From assembly GCA_021774445.1 (NCBI GenBank), contig JAJFJA010000005.1, positions 73,790 through 137,789 on the forward strand: a DNA stretch of 64,000 bases. The letters run 5' to 3'. Positions 18,568-27,870 of this stretch are shown piece after piece. How positions within the stretch are numbered: the stretch's first letter is position 1; every line of letters begins with the position of its first letter. The notes beneath the pieces are model-generated. The model had not been told where the DNA came from, ran no database searches, and worked only from the letters and a program-made list of their open reading frames with translations. The translations under genes were made by a program, and so were the position numbers. This stretch comes from Alphaproteobacteria bacterium (GTDB lineage Bacteria > Pseudomonadota > Alphaproteobacteria > UBA6615).

Positions 18568-19605
18568 ACCGCTGGTTTCTGCGGGTTTCAGGGCATGGTG
18601 TCAATGTGGAAATGGATAGGAAAGGGCCTTCCCGCCCTGCGATCGCCTGCTCCATGCTGCACCACCCCGGCCACGCGGGCCTGGTCGCGACATCCTTGGC
18701 ACCGTCTACGACTGCTCGAGCCGGTTTTGGCGGGCTTGCCATGCGGCCGCCAGAACGCGGTCTTTCTCGGCATCGTCGAGGGGCGCAAGCAGTCGCGCAA
18801 CGTCGCGCGTCATTGCCGCTATAACCTCGTCCGCGTCGATGATTATTCGCATGGCCTTTCCAACGGGCGACACGGGCATTTTGGATGCATCATGACGTGT
18901 CGGACTTGTCCGGCAAGCCAGATCCGATCCAAGGTAGGAGGAATGCGACGCCGGTGGGAGAGCCAAGCCTGGCGGCGCATCATGGCGAGGTCATTCACAT
19001 CCAAACAAGGTTCAACATCCGCTGTTTATTCCGGCCGCGTCGGTCGGCGAGGAGCGCCCTTGATCGAGATACCTCGAAGGTGGCCGGCGGGTATCCCTAT
19101 CGGCATAGAAAAGGCCCGCCCCGAAGGGTGGAGCGGGCCTTAACATCTGGAGGGTGCGCACAAAGGCTAATATGCGCGCCTGTCCGACAGTATGGGCTGC
19201 AGGTTAACGGCGAGTTACGGGCACAGACGGCCCGTTGCCGGCGCGGGCAGTGCCTCCGACATCGCAGCGACGGGTTTATTCGCAAATCACACAGTGACCT
19301 GGACACCCGCCTTGACGAGTTATTTCAACGCTTCTTCAAGATCGCGTGAACGACCCGTTCGCGAAATAGAGCGGTGAGCCGCAGCTCTTGGACGACCTAG
19401 TGGTCAATTAGGTCAATGAATTCCTTACTTTGCTTAGAAAGAAGCTAAGGCGCCCCCTGCCCGGATGCGGATTGGTCAGCCGCATGGGGCGCGATCTGGA
19501 GCCGCTTGCCTGCCGGCCGATTTTCGGGTCACCATTTGCAAGGCTTCAATGGGAAATCCAGGGTGATTCGGCTTGAAGCGAGTTCAAAACGGGAGGAAAG
19601 CAAAC

Positions 19606-20073
19606 ATGAAACGAGCCCTTTTCATCGGCTTGTTCGGATTTAGCCTGGCGCTGTCTAGCTCGATAACCTTGGCGCAAGACACGCAGGAAAGCGTGATCAA
19701 ATATCGGCAGACGGTGATGCGCACAAATGCTGGTCATCTTGGGGCCTTGTCGTCGATCGTTAAGGGCGAGATTGGTTACACGGAGCATATGTCCGGCCAC
19801 GCTGCCGCGCTCGCCGGCAATATGGAGATGCTGTTGGACATCTTCCCGGACGGCTCCGGCTCCGGCTTCAAAACCCGCGCCCTGCCGGCAATCTGGGAAG
19901 ACCAAGCAAAATTCGCCGAAGTTGTGACACGGGCGCGAGCCGAAGCGGCGAAATTAGTCGAGGTCGTCGAATCAGGCGGTGACGCGGCGGCGATCGGCGC
20001 GCAGGTCGGCGAGTTGGGCAAGAACGGCTGCGGCGCTTGTCATACCGCGTTCCGAGGCCCAGCCGTGAACTAA
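19606..20073 (+). CDS. Class II cytochrome c (cytochrome c'/c-556 family), periplasmic
   Basis: Signal peptide MKRALFIGLFGFSLALSSSITLA, four-helix-bundle length, C-terminal CGACH haem-binding motif. Start reset to the ATG at 19606, after GGGAGGAAAG. Confidence 0.8.
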   Translation: MKRALFIGLFGFSLALSSSITLAQDTQESVIKYRQTVMRTNAGHLGALSSIVKGEIGYTEHMSGHAAALAGNMEMLLDIFPDGSGSGFKTRALPAIWEDQAKFAEVVTRARAEAAKLVEVVESGGDAAAIGAQVGELGKNGCGACHTAFRGPAVN

Positions 20074-20097
20074 CGATAGCTGCTGCACCGGGGTGTT

Positions 20098-20334
20098 TTG
20101 CCTGGGCAGAAGCGAGTATGGCTGACTCCGGCCATACTCGCTGCGGACCATCCGCGCGCCGTGCTACCTTCCGGGCAACGTGAGTGGGTAGGGAAAGAGC
20201 ATGCTGCGTGCGCGATAGATTTGCGACATCCGCCCTTCGGCCATGAGGGACGCGGCTACGGCATGCGATTGCTCGAGACAGCGGTCACCTGGCTCCGGTC
20301 GCGTGGCACCGACAAATTTTGGCTAACCACGTAA
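20098..20334 (+). pseudogene. GNAT acetyltransferase C-terminal fragment (probable remnant)
   Basis: The 78-aa ORF ends ...GHEGRGYGMRLLETAVTWLRSRGTDKFWLTT, resembling the acetyl-CoA-binding/C-terminal part of a GNAT fold. No N-terminal half. Confidence 0.3.
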
Positions 20335-20394
20335 CCTGGTACGCGCGCTGAGGGATTCTACACGGGCCGCCATCTCCTGGCCCGGCACGTTGGG

Positions 20395-22407
20395 TTAGGC
20401 CCCGGTTGCCGCACCCTCTTCCAGGGCGGCGATCTCCCGATCGAGGATTGCCGCTTGCCTGAGAGGGTCGGTCACCAACTCGTTACGCGCCAATTTTTGC
20501 CGGTCGGCAAGGTTGGGCACTACTTTGTGATAGATCTCCTGCCGCACGGTCTGCCTAATCGACGATGGAATATCGAGCAATAGGCGATTTAGCGCGAACA
20601 TCCGCTCGTCCGTAAATACCTGGTCCCACGCTTCTCGCTCCGGCCCGAAATCAAACGCCAGCTCATTCCTTTCGATCGCGCGGCTTGCGCGCCGTCGCGA
20701 CGTCGCCGGGCCGTCGACCTCGCCGTTGCGGATCGCGACGCCGTAGTCGCGCTCGGCCGCTGTTTCCGTGACGTAGCCGGCGCGCACATCGGCCAGCACG
20801 GCAGTCGGATCGCGCAGAAACGGATCGCCATATCCGCCGCCGCCGGGGGTCATAAAGGTCACCGTATCGCCTTTGTCGACCTGCACCATGTCGATCTTGC
20901 CTAGATCCCGTTCGCTGTCGGTGCCTTTGTTGAGCACGACGCGCATGTTGGCGCCCGGCTTGCCGCCGGCCATGCCCCAGGGCCGGAACCTGAACCTTTC
21001 CAGGCCGCGCCCAAGCACCGCACCACCACCTTGGGTGACGCGGAACGTGAACAGCAGGCCTAGCCCGCCGCGCCAGCGCCCCGGTCCGGCTGAATCCGGA
21101 TTGAGCCGGTATTCGAGAATATCGACGCCGGCCTCCAATTCGGTTTTCTCCGCCGGTGTGTTGCGTATCGTCGAGATGGATCCATCGACGCCGTCATAAC
21201 CGTCGCTGCCATAGCGGGCGCCCGACCCGACGATAATCGAATTGAGCACCAGGACGTTGCGCTTGTTGGTGCGCTTGTCAAACTCGGCCAGCACGACCGG
21301 CACCATCGCGCCGCCGCTCGGCGCCGGCATGTCCTGAGGCGCACCGTAACTCAGTGCGCCGGTAGCGGCATCGTTGCAGCGATAGGCGGTGGCGGACCGC
21401 ACGCCCGTGGCCGCGGGAAATTCCGGGTTCAGGATGGAGCCAACCGGGACATAGGTGGTCACCGGCTCAAAAATGCCGGCGTTCAGCGGCGTCGTCGGGT
21501 CATGGGTGGTGACGTAATGCATGATCCGTGTCGTCAGCCACGGGTGGCGCGTCGACAGGGTCGGGACGTTGTAGGCAGACATCACTTGCGGGTCGGTGCC
21601 GCTATAGTCGAGATGGACGGTACCGTCACGCAGTGTCGCTTTCACTCTGATGCGCACCGGTACCGGGGTCACCGCATCGTCGTCCATGAAATCCCAAAAA
21701 TCGTACTCGCCGTCCGGAATGCGCCGCAATACCGCTCGGGATTTCAGCGCTGCGTAGTCCTGCAGGTCTTCTTGCGCCTGCATGAATGTCTCGACGCCGT
21801 GGCTGGAGATGATCTCAGCTACACGCTTCTCGCCGATCTCGATGGCCGCGAACATGGCGGCCATATCCTGCATGTTCAGGTCCGGCGTGCGCACGTTCGC
21901 CCGGTAGAGCTTAACGATGTCTTCGTTGAGTTGACCGCGCCGCTTGATTTTTAGCGGCGGGATCAGCAGGCCCTCTTGGAAGATCTCCGAATTGGTCGGC
22001 GAGATCGAGGACGGCACCTTGCCGCCGACATCGGTCGAGTGAATGAAATCGTAGCCATAACAAACGATCTGACCGCCGTGAAAGAACGGCTTGATCAAAG
22101 TCAGATCGGGTGTGTGGCTGACGAGGCCGCCGGAAAAATAGGGGTGGTTGGTGAGGATCACGTCGCCATCCTCCAGCGCCCCGCCACCCATGATCGTCGG
22201 CATGCAGTCATAGTCGATCAGCGCCGAGCCGAAATGGCGTGGCGTGGCAAAGAACTTGCCCTTGAGATCCACCAATCCGACGGCAAAATCGATGGCTTCC
22301 TTGACATAGAGAGACCGGCCGGTGCGCTTGAGTGTCAGCGCCATTTCTTCCGACGCGGCGGCAAACTTCGTGTTCAGAATTTCCAGGCTTACCGGGTCGA
22401 TTTGCAT
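20395..22407 (-). CDS. hyuB: Hydantoinase B/oxoprolinase family protein (N-methylhydantoinase B-like)
   Basis: 670 aa with Hydantoinase_B family conservation (MQIDPVSLEILNTKFAAASEEMALTLKRT...). Confidence 0.9.
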   Translation of the reverse strand: MQIDPVSLEILNTKFAAASEEMALTLKRTGRSLYVKEAIDFAVGLVDLKGKFFATPRHFGSALIDYDCMPTIMGGGALEDGDVILTNHPYFSGGLVSHTPDLTLIKPFFHGGQIVCYGYDFIHSTDVGGKVPSSISPTNSEIFQEGLLIPPLKIKRRGQLNEDIVKLYRANVRTPDLNMQDMAAMFAAIEIGEKRVAEIISSHGVETFMQAQEDLQDYAALKSRAVLRRIPDGEYDFWDFMDDDAVTPVPVRIRVKATLRDGTVHLDYSGTDPQVMSAYNVPTLSTRHPWLTTRIMHYVTTHDPTTPLNAGIFEPVTTYVPVGSILNPEFPAATGVRSATAYRCNDAATGALSYGAPQDMPAPSGGAMVPVVLAEFDKRTNKRNVLVLNSIIVGSGARYGSDGYDGVDGSISTIRNTPAEKTELEAGVDILEYRLNPDSAGPGRWRGGLGLLFTFRVTQGGGAVLGRGLERFRFRPWGMAGGKPGANMRVVLNKGTDSERDLGKIDMVQVDKGDTVTFMTPGGGGYGDPFLRDPTAVLADVRAGYVTETAAERDYGVAIRNGEVDGPATSRRRASRAIERNELAFDFGPEREAWDQVFTDERMFALNRLLLDIPSSIRQTVRQEIYHKVVPNLADRQKLARNELVTDPLRQAAILDREIAALEEGAATGA

Positions 22408-22410
22408 TGG

Positions 22411-24501
22411 CTACCTGTCTTCCGTCGCATTGATGGGCGTCGCGTGCAGCGAGCCGACCGCGTCGATTGTGGCCTGCCAACCCGGCAACAGCCACACGGT
22501 GGTATCCTCCTGCTCGATGACCGCCGGACCGACGAGGTGGTTGCCGGCATGTAGGTCGAAGCGCTGGTACAGTTCGGCCTCAAGCCATTCGCCGTTAACA
22601 TAGACCTTGCGTCGGCCAAGCGGCGCCGGCGGCGCCCCTTGGCCAATTCTTGCCAATTCGATCTTCGGCACCGGCGCGGTCGCGCGCAACCGTACAGTTG
22701 TGATGTCGACGGCGCTGTCCTGGTCGCGAAACCCGTAGAGCTGTTCGTGCTGGAGGTGGAACAGTTCGGCGATCTCGGCTGCCGAGCCGCGACGCCAGAG
22801 AGCGTCGGGGATCGCGGTGTTCAGCTCGAATGCCGTGCGGGGGTATTGCATATCCGCGGAGACCTCAAGACGGGCATCCTTGACGATCTCACCCTCACTC
22901 TCGACCCAAGCCAACGCTTCGGCCTCCAGTGCCCGCACGGCGCCGCGCAGATCGTCGACCGCCGCCGCTTCGAACCCCAAGGTCAAGCGCCGCGATCGCA
23001 CGAAGTCGCGGCTGAGATCCGACATAATCGCCCCGAAGGCACAGAAGGTTCCCGGCGCCAAGGGGACAACGACGCGCTCCAAGCCGACGGCCTGGGCCAA
23101 CAGGATGGCATGTGTCGGCCCGGCGCCTCCGAACGGCACCAAGGTGAAGTCCCGCAGATCGAACCCCTTCTCCGCCATGGCCTTGGAGATTTCCGTCGCC
23201 ATGTGCGCCGTGGCCACGCTAAGTGCCGCGTCAGCGGCCCTGGCCGCGCGCTCCGGGCCATCAAGGTGCAAGCGGCCGGCGACGTCCTCAAGGGCGCGCC
23301 GCGCGGCGGCGGCGTCCAGCGGCATACGGCCACCGAGGAAATGCTCGGGATCCAGCAAACCGGAGACGACGTAGCAGTCCGTAATCGTCGGCCGCGTGCC
23401 GCCGCGGCCGTAACAGATCGGTCCGGGCTCCGCGCCGGCGCTTTCAGGCCCGACCTTCAGCACCCCTTGTTCGTCGAGCCAGACGATTGAGCCGCCGCCG
23501 GCACCGATCGCGCGGACATTGACGACCGGCAGAATCAGCGGAAAATCGCCGATCCGCGTTTCCGTCGTGTATTCGGGCGTGCCATTCTGAGTGACGGCCA
23601 CATCGCTCGACGTCCCGCCCATATCAAGGGTGATAATCTGTTGCACATCCGCGGTCTCGGAAATCTGTGCCGCGGCGACCACCCCCGAAGCCGGCCCGGA
23701 CAATAGGGTGTCGACTGGGCGCCGCCGTGCCGTAGCGATGCTCACCGTGCCGCCATTTGAGGTCGCGATATAGATCGGTGCCGTGACCCCAATGTTGTCC
23801 AGCCGCTCCGCGAGATCGCCGTAGTAGCGGTCCATCTGGGGATGCACGAAGCCGTTGAGCGCACAGACCATGGTCCGCTCGTATTCTCTGATCTCGGGCC
23901 ACAATTCAGCCGATCCCGTGATCAGTAAACCCGGCAAGTGTTTCCTTAGCGCGTTGGCAACCTCGGCCTCGAGTTCGGGAAAGGCATAGGCGTTCACCAC
24001 GACAACAACGGCGGCCTCGGCGCCCGACGCCCGCAATCCATCGGCGAGCGTATCGATCTCCGCCGCCGAGGGCCGCGCCCGGATGCCGCCGTCGGCCCCG
24101 ACTCGCGCCGCCACCTCGAACACCATGTCCGAGGCGATCAGCGGCGCCTGCTTGGGATGTTTGTAATTGTATGAATTCGGCAAGCCGCCGCGACCCAAGA
24201 CCATGGTGTCACCAAAGCCCCGGGAGATCACCAGCGCGACTTTCGCCCCCTGGCGCTGAATAATGGCGTTGAGCGCCAGAGTGGTGCCATGGACGACGAG
24301 CTCGACGGACTCCGGGTTCCGGCGCGCCTTCGCCAGCAGGGCGGTCAGCCCATCGGCGACACCGCGCGACGGGTCCTGCGTCGTGCTGGCCTGCTTGTGA
24401 TACACCAGCGCGCCGCTGGCGCGATCGGCCAGCACGAAATCGGTAAAAGTTCCCCCGACATCAATGCCAACGCGGCAATCGTTACCCATTACGCCTCTCA
24501 C
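22411..24501 (-). CDS. hyuA: Hydantoinase A/oxoprolinase family protein (N-methylhydantoinase A-like)
   Basis: 696 aa with RVGIDVGGTFTDFVL N-terminus of Hydantoinase_A. 4-bp spacing to hyuB. Confidence 0.9.
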   Translation of the reverse strand: MRGVMGNDCRVGIDVGGTFTDFVLADRASGALVYHKQASTTQDPSRGVADGLTALLAKARRNPESVELVVHGTTLALNAIIQRQGAKVALVISRGFGDTMVLGRGGLPNSYNYKHPKQAPLIASDMVFEVAARVGADGGIRARPSAAEIDTLADGLRASGAEAAVVVVVNAYAFPELEAEVANALRKHLPGLLITGSAELWPEIREYERTMVCALNGFVHPQMDRYYGDLAERLDNIGVTAPIYIATSNGGTVSIATARRRPVDTLLSGPASGVVAAAQISETADVQQIITLDMGGTSSDVAVTQNGTPEYTTETRIGDFPLILPVVNVRAIGAGGGSIVWLDEQGVLKVGPESAGAEPGPICYGRGGTRPTITDCYVVSGLLDPEHFLGGRMPLDAAAARRALEDVAGRLHLDGPERAARAADAALSVATAHMATEISKAMAEKGFDLRDFTLVPFGGAGPTHAILLAQAVGLERVVVPLAPGTFCAFGAIMSDLSRDFVRSRRLTLGFEAAAVDDLRGAVRALEAEALAWVESEGEIVKDARLEVSADMQYPRTAFELNTAIPDALWRRGSAAEIAELFHLQHEQLYGFRDQDSAVDITTVRLRATAPVPKIELARIGQGAPPAPLGRRKVYVNGEWLEAELYQRFDLHAGNHLVGPAVIEQEDTTVWLLPGWQATIDAVGSLHATPINATEDR

Positions 24502-24621
24502 TCCCGCATCGCCGTTTGGGGGCGATCATGTCGCGTAGCCTGTTGCCCGGAAGATGGACTGCCAAGGCGAGAAGTACCGGCCGCGATTGTCACCGACCAT
24601 ATTAATCGGCGCGCAAAGGAC

Positions 24622-25884
24622 TTAGACCAGCAAGTTCTTGTGGAACTGACCATCCTTCATGATCACGCTGAGATGGGCGCCCTGATCCTGCAACAATCCA
24701 AGGTCCGCCAGGGGGTCGCCGTCGACCACCAGCAAGTCCGCCAAGGCGCCCGGCGCAATGACCCCGAGTTCGCCTTCGCGGCGCAGGATCTCAGCATTGA
24801 CCGAGGTCGCCGAGGCGATGACCTCCGCCGCCGGCAGCACTTCGGCACGGATGAGAAACTCCCGCGATTGCGCCGGATGCAGCTCGCCCACAAGGTCGGT
24901 GCCATAGCCCATCTTGACCCCGGCGGCACGGCAGAGCTCGAGCATCCGAATGCCGCCGTCATTTACCTGTTGCAGCTTTGCCATGATGGTCGGCGTCACG
25001 CCGAAGTCATCACCATGTTTGGCCGTCTCGGCATAACAAACCAGTGTCGGCACCATATAGGCGCCACGCTCCGCCATCAGCGCGGCCGCCTCGGCGTCGA
25101 TCAGATTGCCGTGCTCGATGGTGCGCACGCCGTTTTCGACCGCATGGATGGTTGACCTAGCGGTGTAGGAGTGGGCGCAAACATAGGTATTCCAGGCATC
25201 GGCCTCATCCGTAGCCGCCGCGATTTCGGCGGCGGAGAACTGCCGGCCCTCCAGCGGATCGTTGGGTGAGCCGACCCCGCCCGACGCCATGATCTTAATC
25301 TGGTCGGCGCCCTTGCGGAGTTCGTCGCGCACCGCCTTGCGCACTTCGTCGGCGCCATCCGCGATCCGACATATCGCATGCAATGCGTTGGCACAGCCGC
25401 AGAGATCGCTCATGTCGGTGCGCCGGCGATGGTCACCATGCCCGCCGGTGGGGCTGATCGCCTGGCCTGAGATAAACAACCGCGGTCCGGGAATAAAGCC
25501 GCTGTCGATCGCCGCGCGGATGCCATAGTCGCCACCGGCGGTGTCGCGCACGGTGGTGAACCCGCGATCGAGCATCGCCTTAATCCGGGGCACCGCCTGG
25601 GCCGTCATCTGGGTCAGCGGAATGTCTTCGGTCAACCCCTGGTTCAGGTGGATCGCGTAGACATGTACATGGGCGTCGATCAGACCCGGCATAAGCGTGC
25701 GGCCGCCGACATCGATCACGGCGGCCTCGGAACCCTGAATCGGTCGATCCGCCACCTCACGGATGCGGTTGTCTTCGACAAGCACATCGCAGCCCGGCCA
25801 CGGTTCGTTAGCGACACCGTCGAGAATTGTGCAGTTGCGAAAGATCGTCATCGACCCCATAGCGCGCTCCATTCTTCTGTCCAT
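24622..25884 (-). CDS. Amidohydrolase family metal-dependent hydrolase
   Basis: 420 aa with PGLIDAHVHV metal-binding start and TIM-barrel amidohydrolase conservation. Confidence 0.8.
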   Translation of the reverse strand: MDRRMERAMGSMTIFRNCTILDGVANEPWPGCDVLVEDNRIREVADRPIQGSEAAVIDVGGRTLMPGLIDAHVHVYAIHLNQGLTEDIPLTQMTAQAVPRIKAMLDRGFTTVRDTAGGDYGIRAAIDSGFIPGPRLFISGQAISPTGGHGDHRRRTDMSDLCGCANALHAICRIADGADEVRKAVRDELRKGADQIKIMASGGVGSPNDPLEGRQFSAAEIAAATDEADAWNTYVCAHSYTARSTIHAVENGVRTIEHGNLIDAEAAALMAERGAYMVPTLVCYAETAKHGDDFGVTPTIMAKLQQVNDGGIRMLELCRAAGVKMGYGTDLVGELHPAQSREFLIRAEVLPAAEVIASATSVNAEILRREGELGVIAPGALADLLVVDGDPLADLGLLQDQGAHLSVIMKDGQFHKNLLV

Positions 25885-25991
25885 CCGCTTGGGTAAGTGT
25901 AGCGCCTAAGCAGCGTATCGTCCGCAACCCATTCGAAACACCGCGTTTCTTGCTAGGATACCAACCGAGGACGAAACCGCAGGTGTCGCAG

Positions 25992-27698
25992 ATGGATCCG
26001 ATACGACCGCCCCATGAGGCCCAACCCATGGCCAGCCGGCACATGGCCGCCGCCGCGCACTATCTTGCGGCCCAGGTCGCACTACAGGTTTTGGAGGCAG
26101 GTGGTAATGCCATTGATGCGGGGGTCGCCGGGGGTCTCGCCCTCAATGTCGTGCATAGCGACTTTACCCATTTTGCCGGGGTGGCCCCGATCGTCATCCG
26201 GTCGGCCGACACCGGCGAGGTTGTCACGATCAGCGGTGTCGGTTGCTGGCCGAGGGCGACCGATCCGGAGAAATTCCAGCGCGACCATGATGGGGATATC
26301 CCGCCCGGGCTGCTGCGCACGGTGGTGCCGGCCGCGCCCGACGCCTGGCTGACCGCGCTCGAACGCTACGGTACCATGACCTTCGGTGAGGTCGTCGGCC
26401 CGGCAATCGCCTATGCCCGGGACGGCTATCCCGTTAACAGCCTGGCCAGCGAGGTTATCGGCGCGTTGGCGGAGCATTATCGGCGCTGGCCCGAGAACGC
26501 CCGTGTCTTCCTGCCGGCGGGCAGGCCCCCGCAGCCGGGAGAGCGCATGCGCCTGCCGGACCTGGCGGCTACCCTGCAATTCCTCGCCGATGCGGAAGCC
26601 GCGGCGGGGGGCGGTCGCGATGCGGGTATTGCGGCCGCACGAGATGCCTTCTACCGCGGCGATATCGCGCGTAGCATAATCGGTTACCACGAGAGCCATG
26701 GCGGTTGGCTGCGCACGGAGGATTTGGCGGATTTTCGTGTCGATCTCGAGCCTCCAGTAACGACCCGCTTTGGTGATGTGGATGTCTACGCCTGCGGCCC
26801 GTGGAGCCAGGGACCGGTCCTACCGCAGACGCTGGCCATTCTCGCGGGCGTCGATCTGGCCGCCTTCGGCCACAACAGCACCGCCTATATCCATACGATC
26901 GTAGAGGCTCTCAAACTCGCCTTTGCCGACCGCCATCACCACTATGGCGACCCGCGGTTCGTCGACGTTCCCATGGATATTCTGGTCAGTGACGACTACG
27001 CCGCCATGCGCCGCCGGCTGATTGCGGCGGACCGTGCCGCAGCCACCATGCCGGCGCCCGGATTGGTCCCGGATACCGCTCCGGATGCCGCCGGGGTCTG
27101 GACCGAACCGCCGCTCGACACGTCCTATATCTGCGTCGCCGACAGCCATGGCAACCTGTTCTCGGCCACCCCGAGCGATGGCTGCTTCGACGGTCCGATG
27201 ATCCCCGGCACCGGCCTCTGCCCATCGCCGCGCGGCGCCCAATCCTGGACCGATCCCGACCACCCGGCTTGTCTAGCGCCGGGCAAACGGCCGCGCCTGA
27301 CCTGCAGCCCGGGGATCGCTATCCGGGAAAATCATTGGGCGATGCCGTTCGGTTCTCCCGGGGACGATGTGCAGCCCCAAGCGATGCTGCAGTTCCTGCT
27401 CAACATGGTGCTGTTCAACATGACGCCCCAAGCGGCGGTCGATGCGCCGCGCTTCGCCACATTCAGTTTTCCGCGCTCGTCGGCGCCGCATGAATACTAT
27501 CCAGGGCGGCTGAGCCTGGAACGCCGTTTCGGCGACGACATCGCGACGGACCTGGCGGCGCTCGGCCACGCGCCAAACTGGTGGCGACCGTGGGAATGGC
27601 AGGCCGGCGGGCTCTGCGCCGTTCGCCGCGACGATGTCTCCGGTCTGCTGGCCGGCGCCGCCGACCGCCGCCGACCTGGCGGTGTCGCCGGGCTATAG
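25992..27698 (+). CDS. Gamma-glutamyltransferase family protein
   Basis: GGT family; the small-subunit region DTSYICVADSHGNLFSATPS carries the nucleophile Thr. Start ambiguous (ATG 25992 or 26028); no signal peptide. Confidence 0.8.
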   Translation: MDPIRPPHEAQPMASRHMAAAAHYLAAQVALQVLEAGGNAIDAGVAGGLALNVVHSDFTHFAGVAPIVIRSADTGEVVTISGVGCWPRATDPEKFQRDHDGDIPPGLLRTVVPAAPDAWLTALERYGTMTFGEVVGPAIAYARDGYPVNSLASEVIGALAEHYRRWPENARVFLPAGRPPQPGERMRLPDLAATLQFLADAEAAAGGGRDAGIAAARDAFYRGDIARSIIGYHESHGGWLRTEDLADFRVDLEPPVTTRFGDVDVYACGPWSQGPVLPQTLAILAGVDLAAFGHNSTAYIHTIVEALKLAFADRHHHYGDPRFVDVPMDILVSDDYAAMRRRLIAADRAAATMPAPGLVPDTAPDAAGVWTEPPLDTSYICVADSHGNLFSATPSDGCFDGPMIPGTGLCPSPRGAQSWTDPDHPACLAPGKRPRLTCSPGIAIRENHWAMPFGSPGDDVQPQAMLQFLLNMVLFNMTPQAAVDAPRFATFSFPRSSAPHEYYPGRLSLERRFGDDIATDLAALGHAPNWWRPWEWQAGGLCAVRRDDVSGLLAGAADRRRPGGVAGL

Positions 27699-27870
27699 CA
27701 TGTGACTTAGCCTCGTGGGGCAGTTGGAGACGCCCCCAAAATGCGCTAGCGTTATCTCTCCAGAACGAAAAAACACTAGTTGGTGGTGATGGACACGCCG
27801 GACTCAGGCAAATAATAGCAAAAAGGCCGCGCTATCGGCGTTTCGCGTTCGCCACGAAGGGAGAGATAAC

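Noticed and set aside
18706-18852. Small ORF MRIIIDADEVIAAMTRDVARLLAPLDDAEKDRVLAAAWQARQNRLEQS (48 aa, minus strand)
   Set aside because: Plausible-looking but no SD, no family recognised, and embedded in a longer spurious ORF. It could be a small antitoxin-like protein but cannot be supported from sequence alone.
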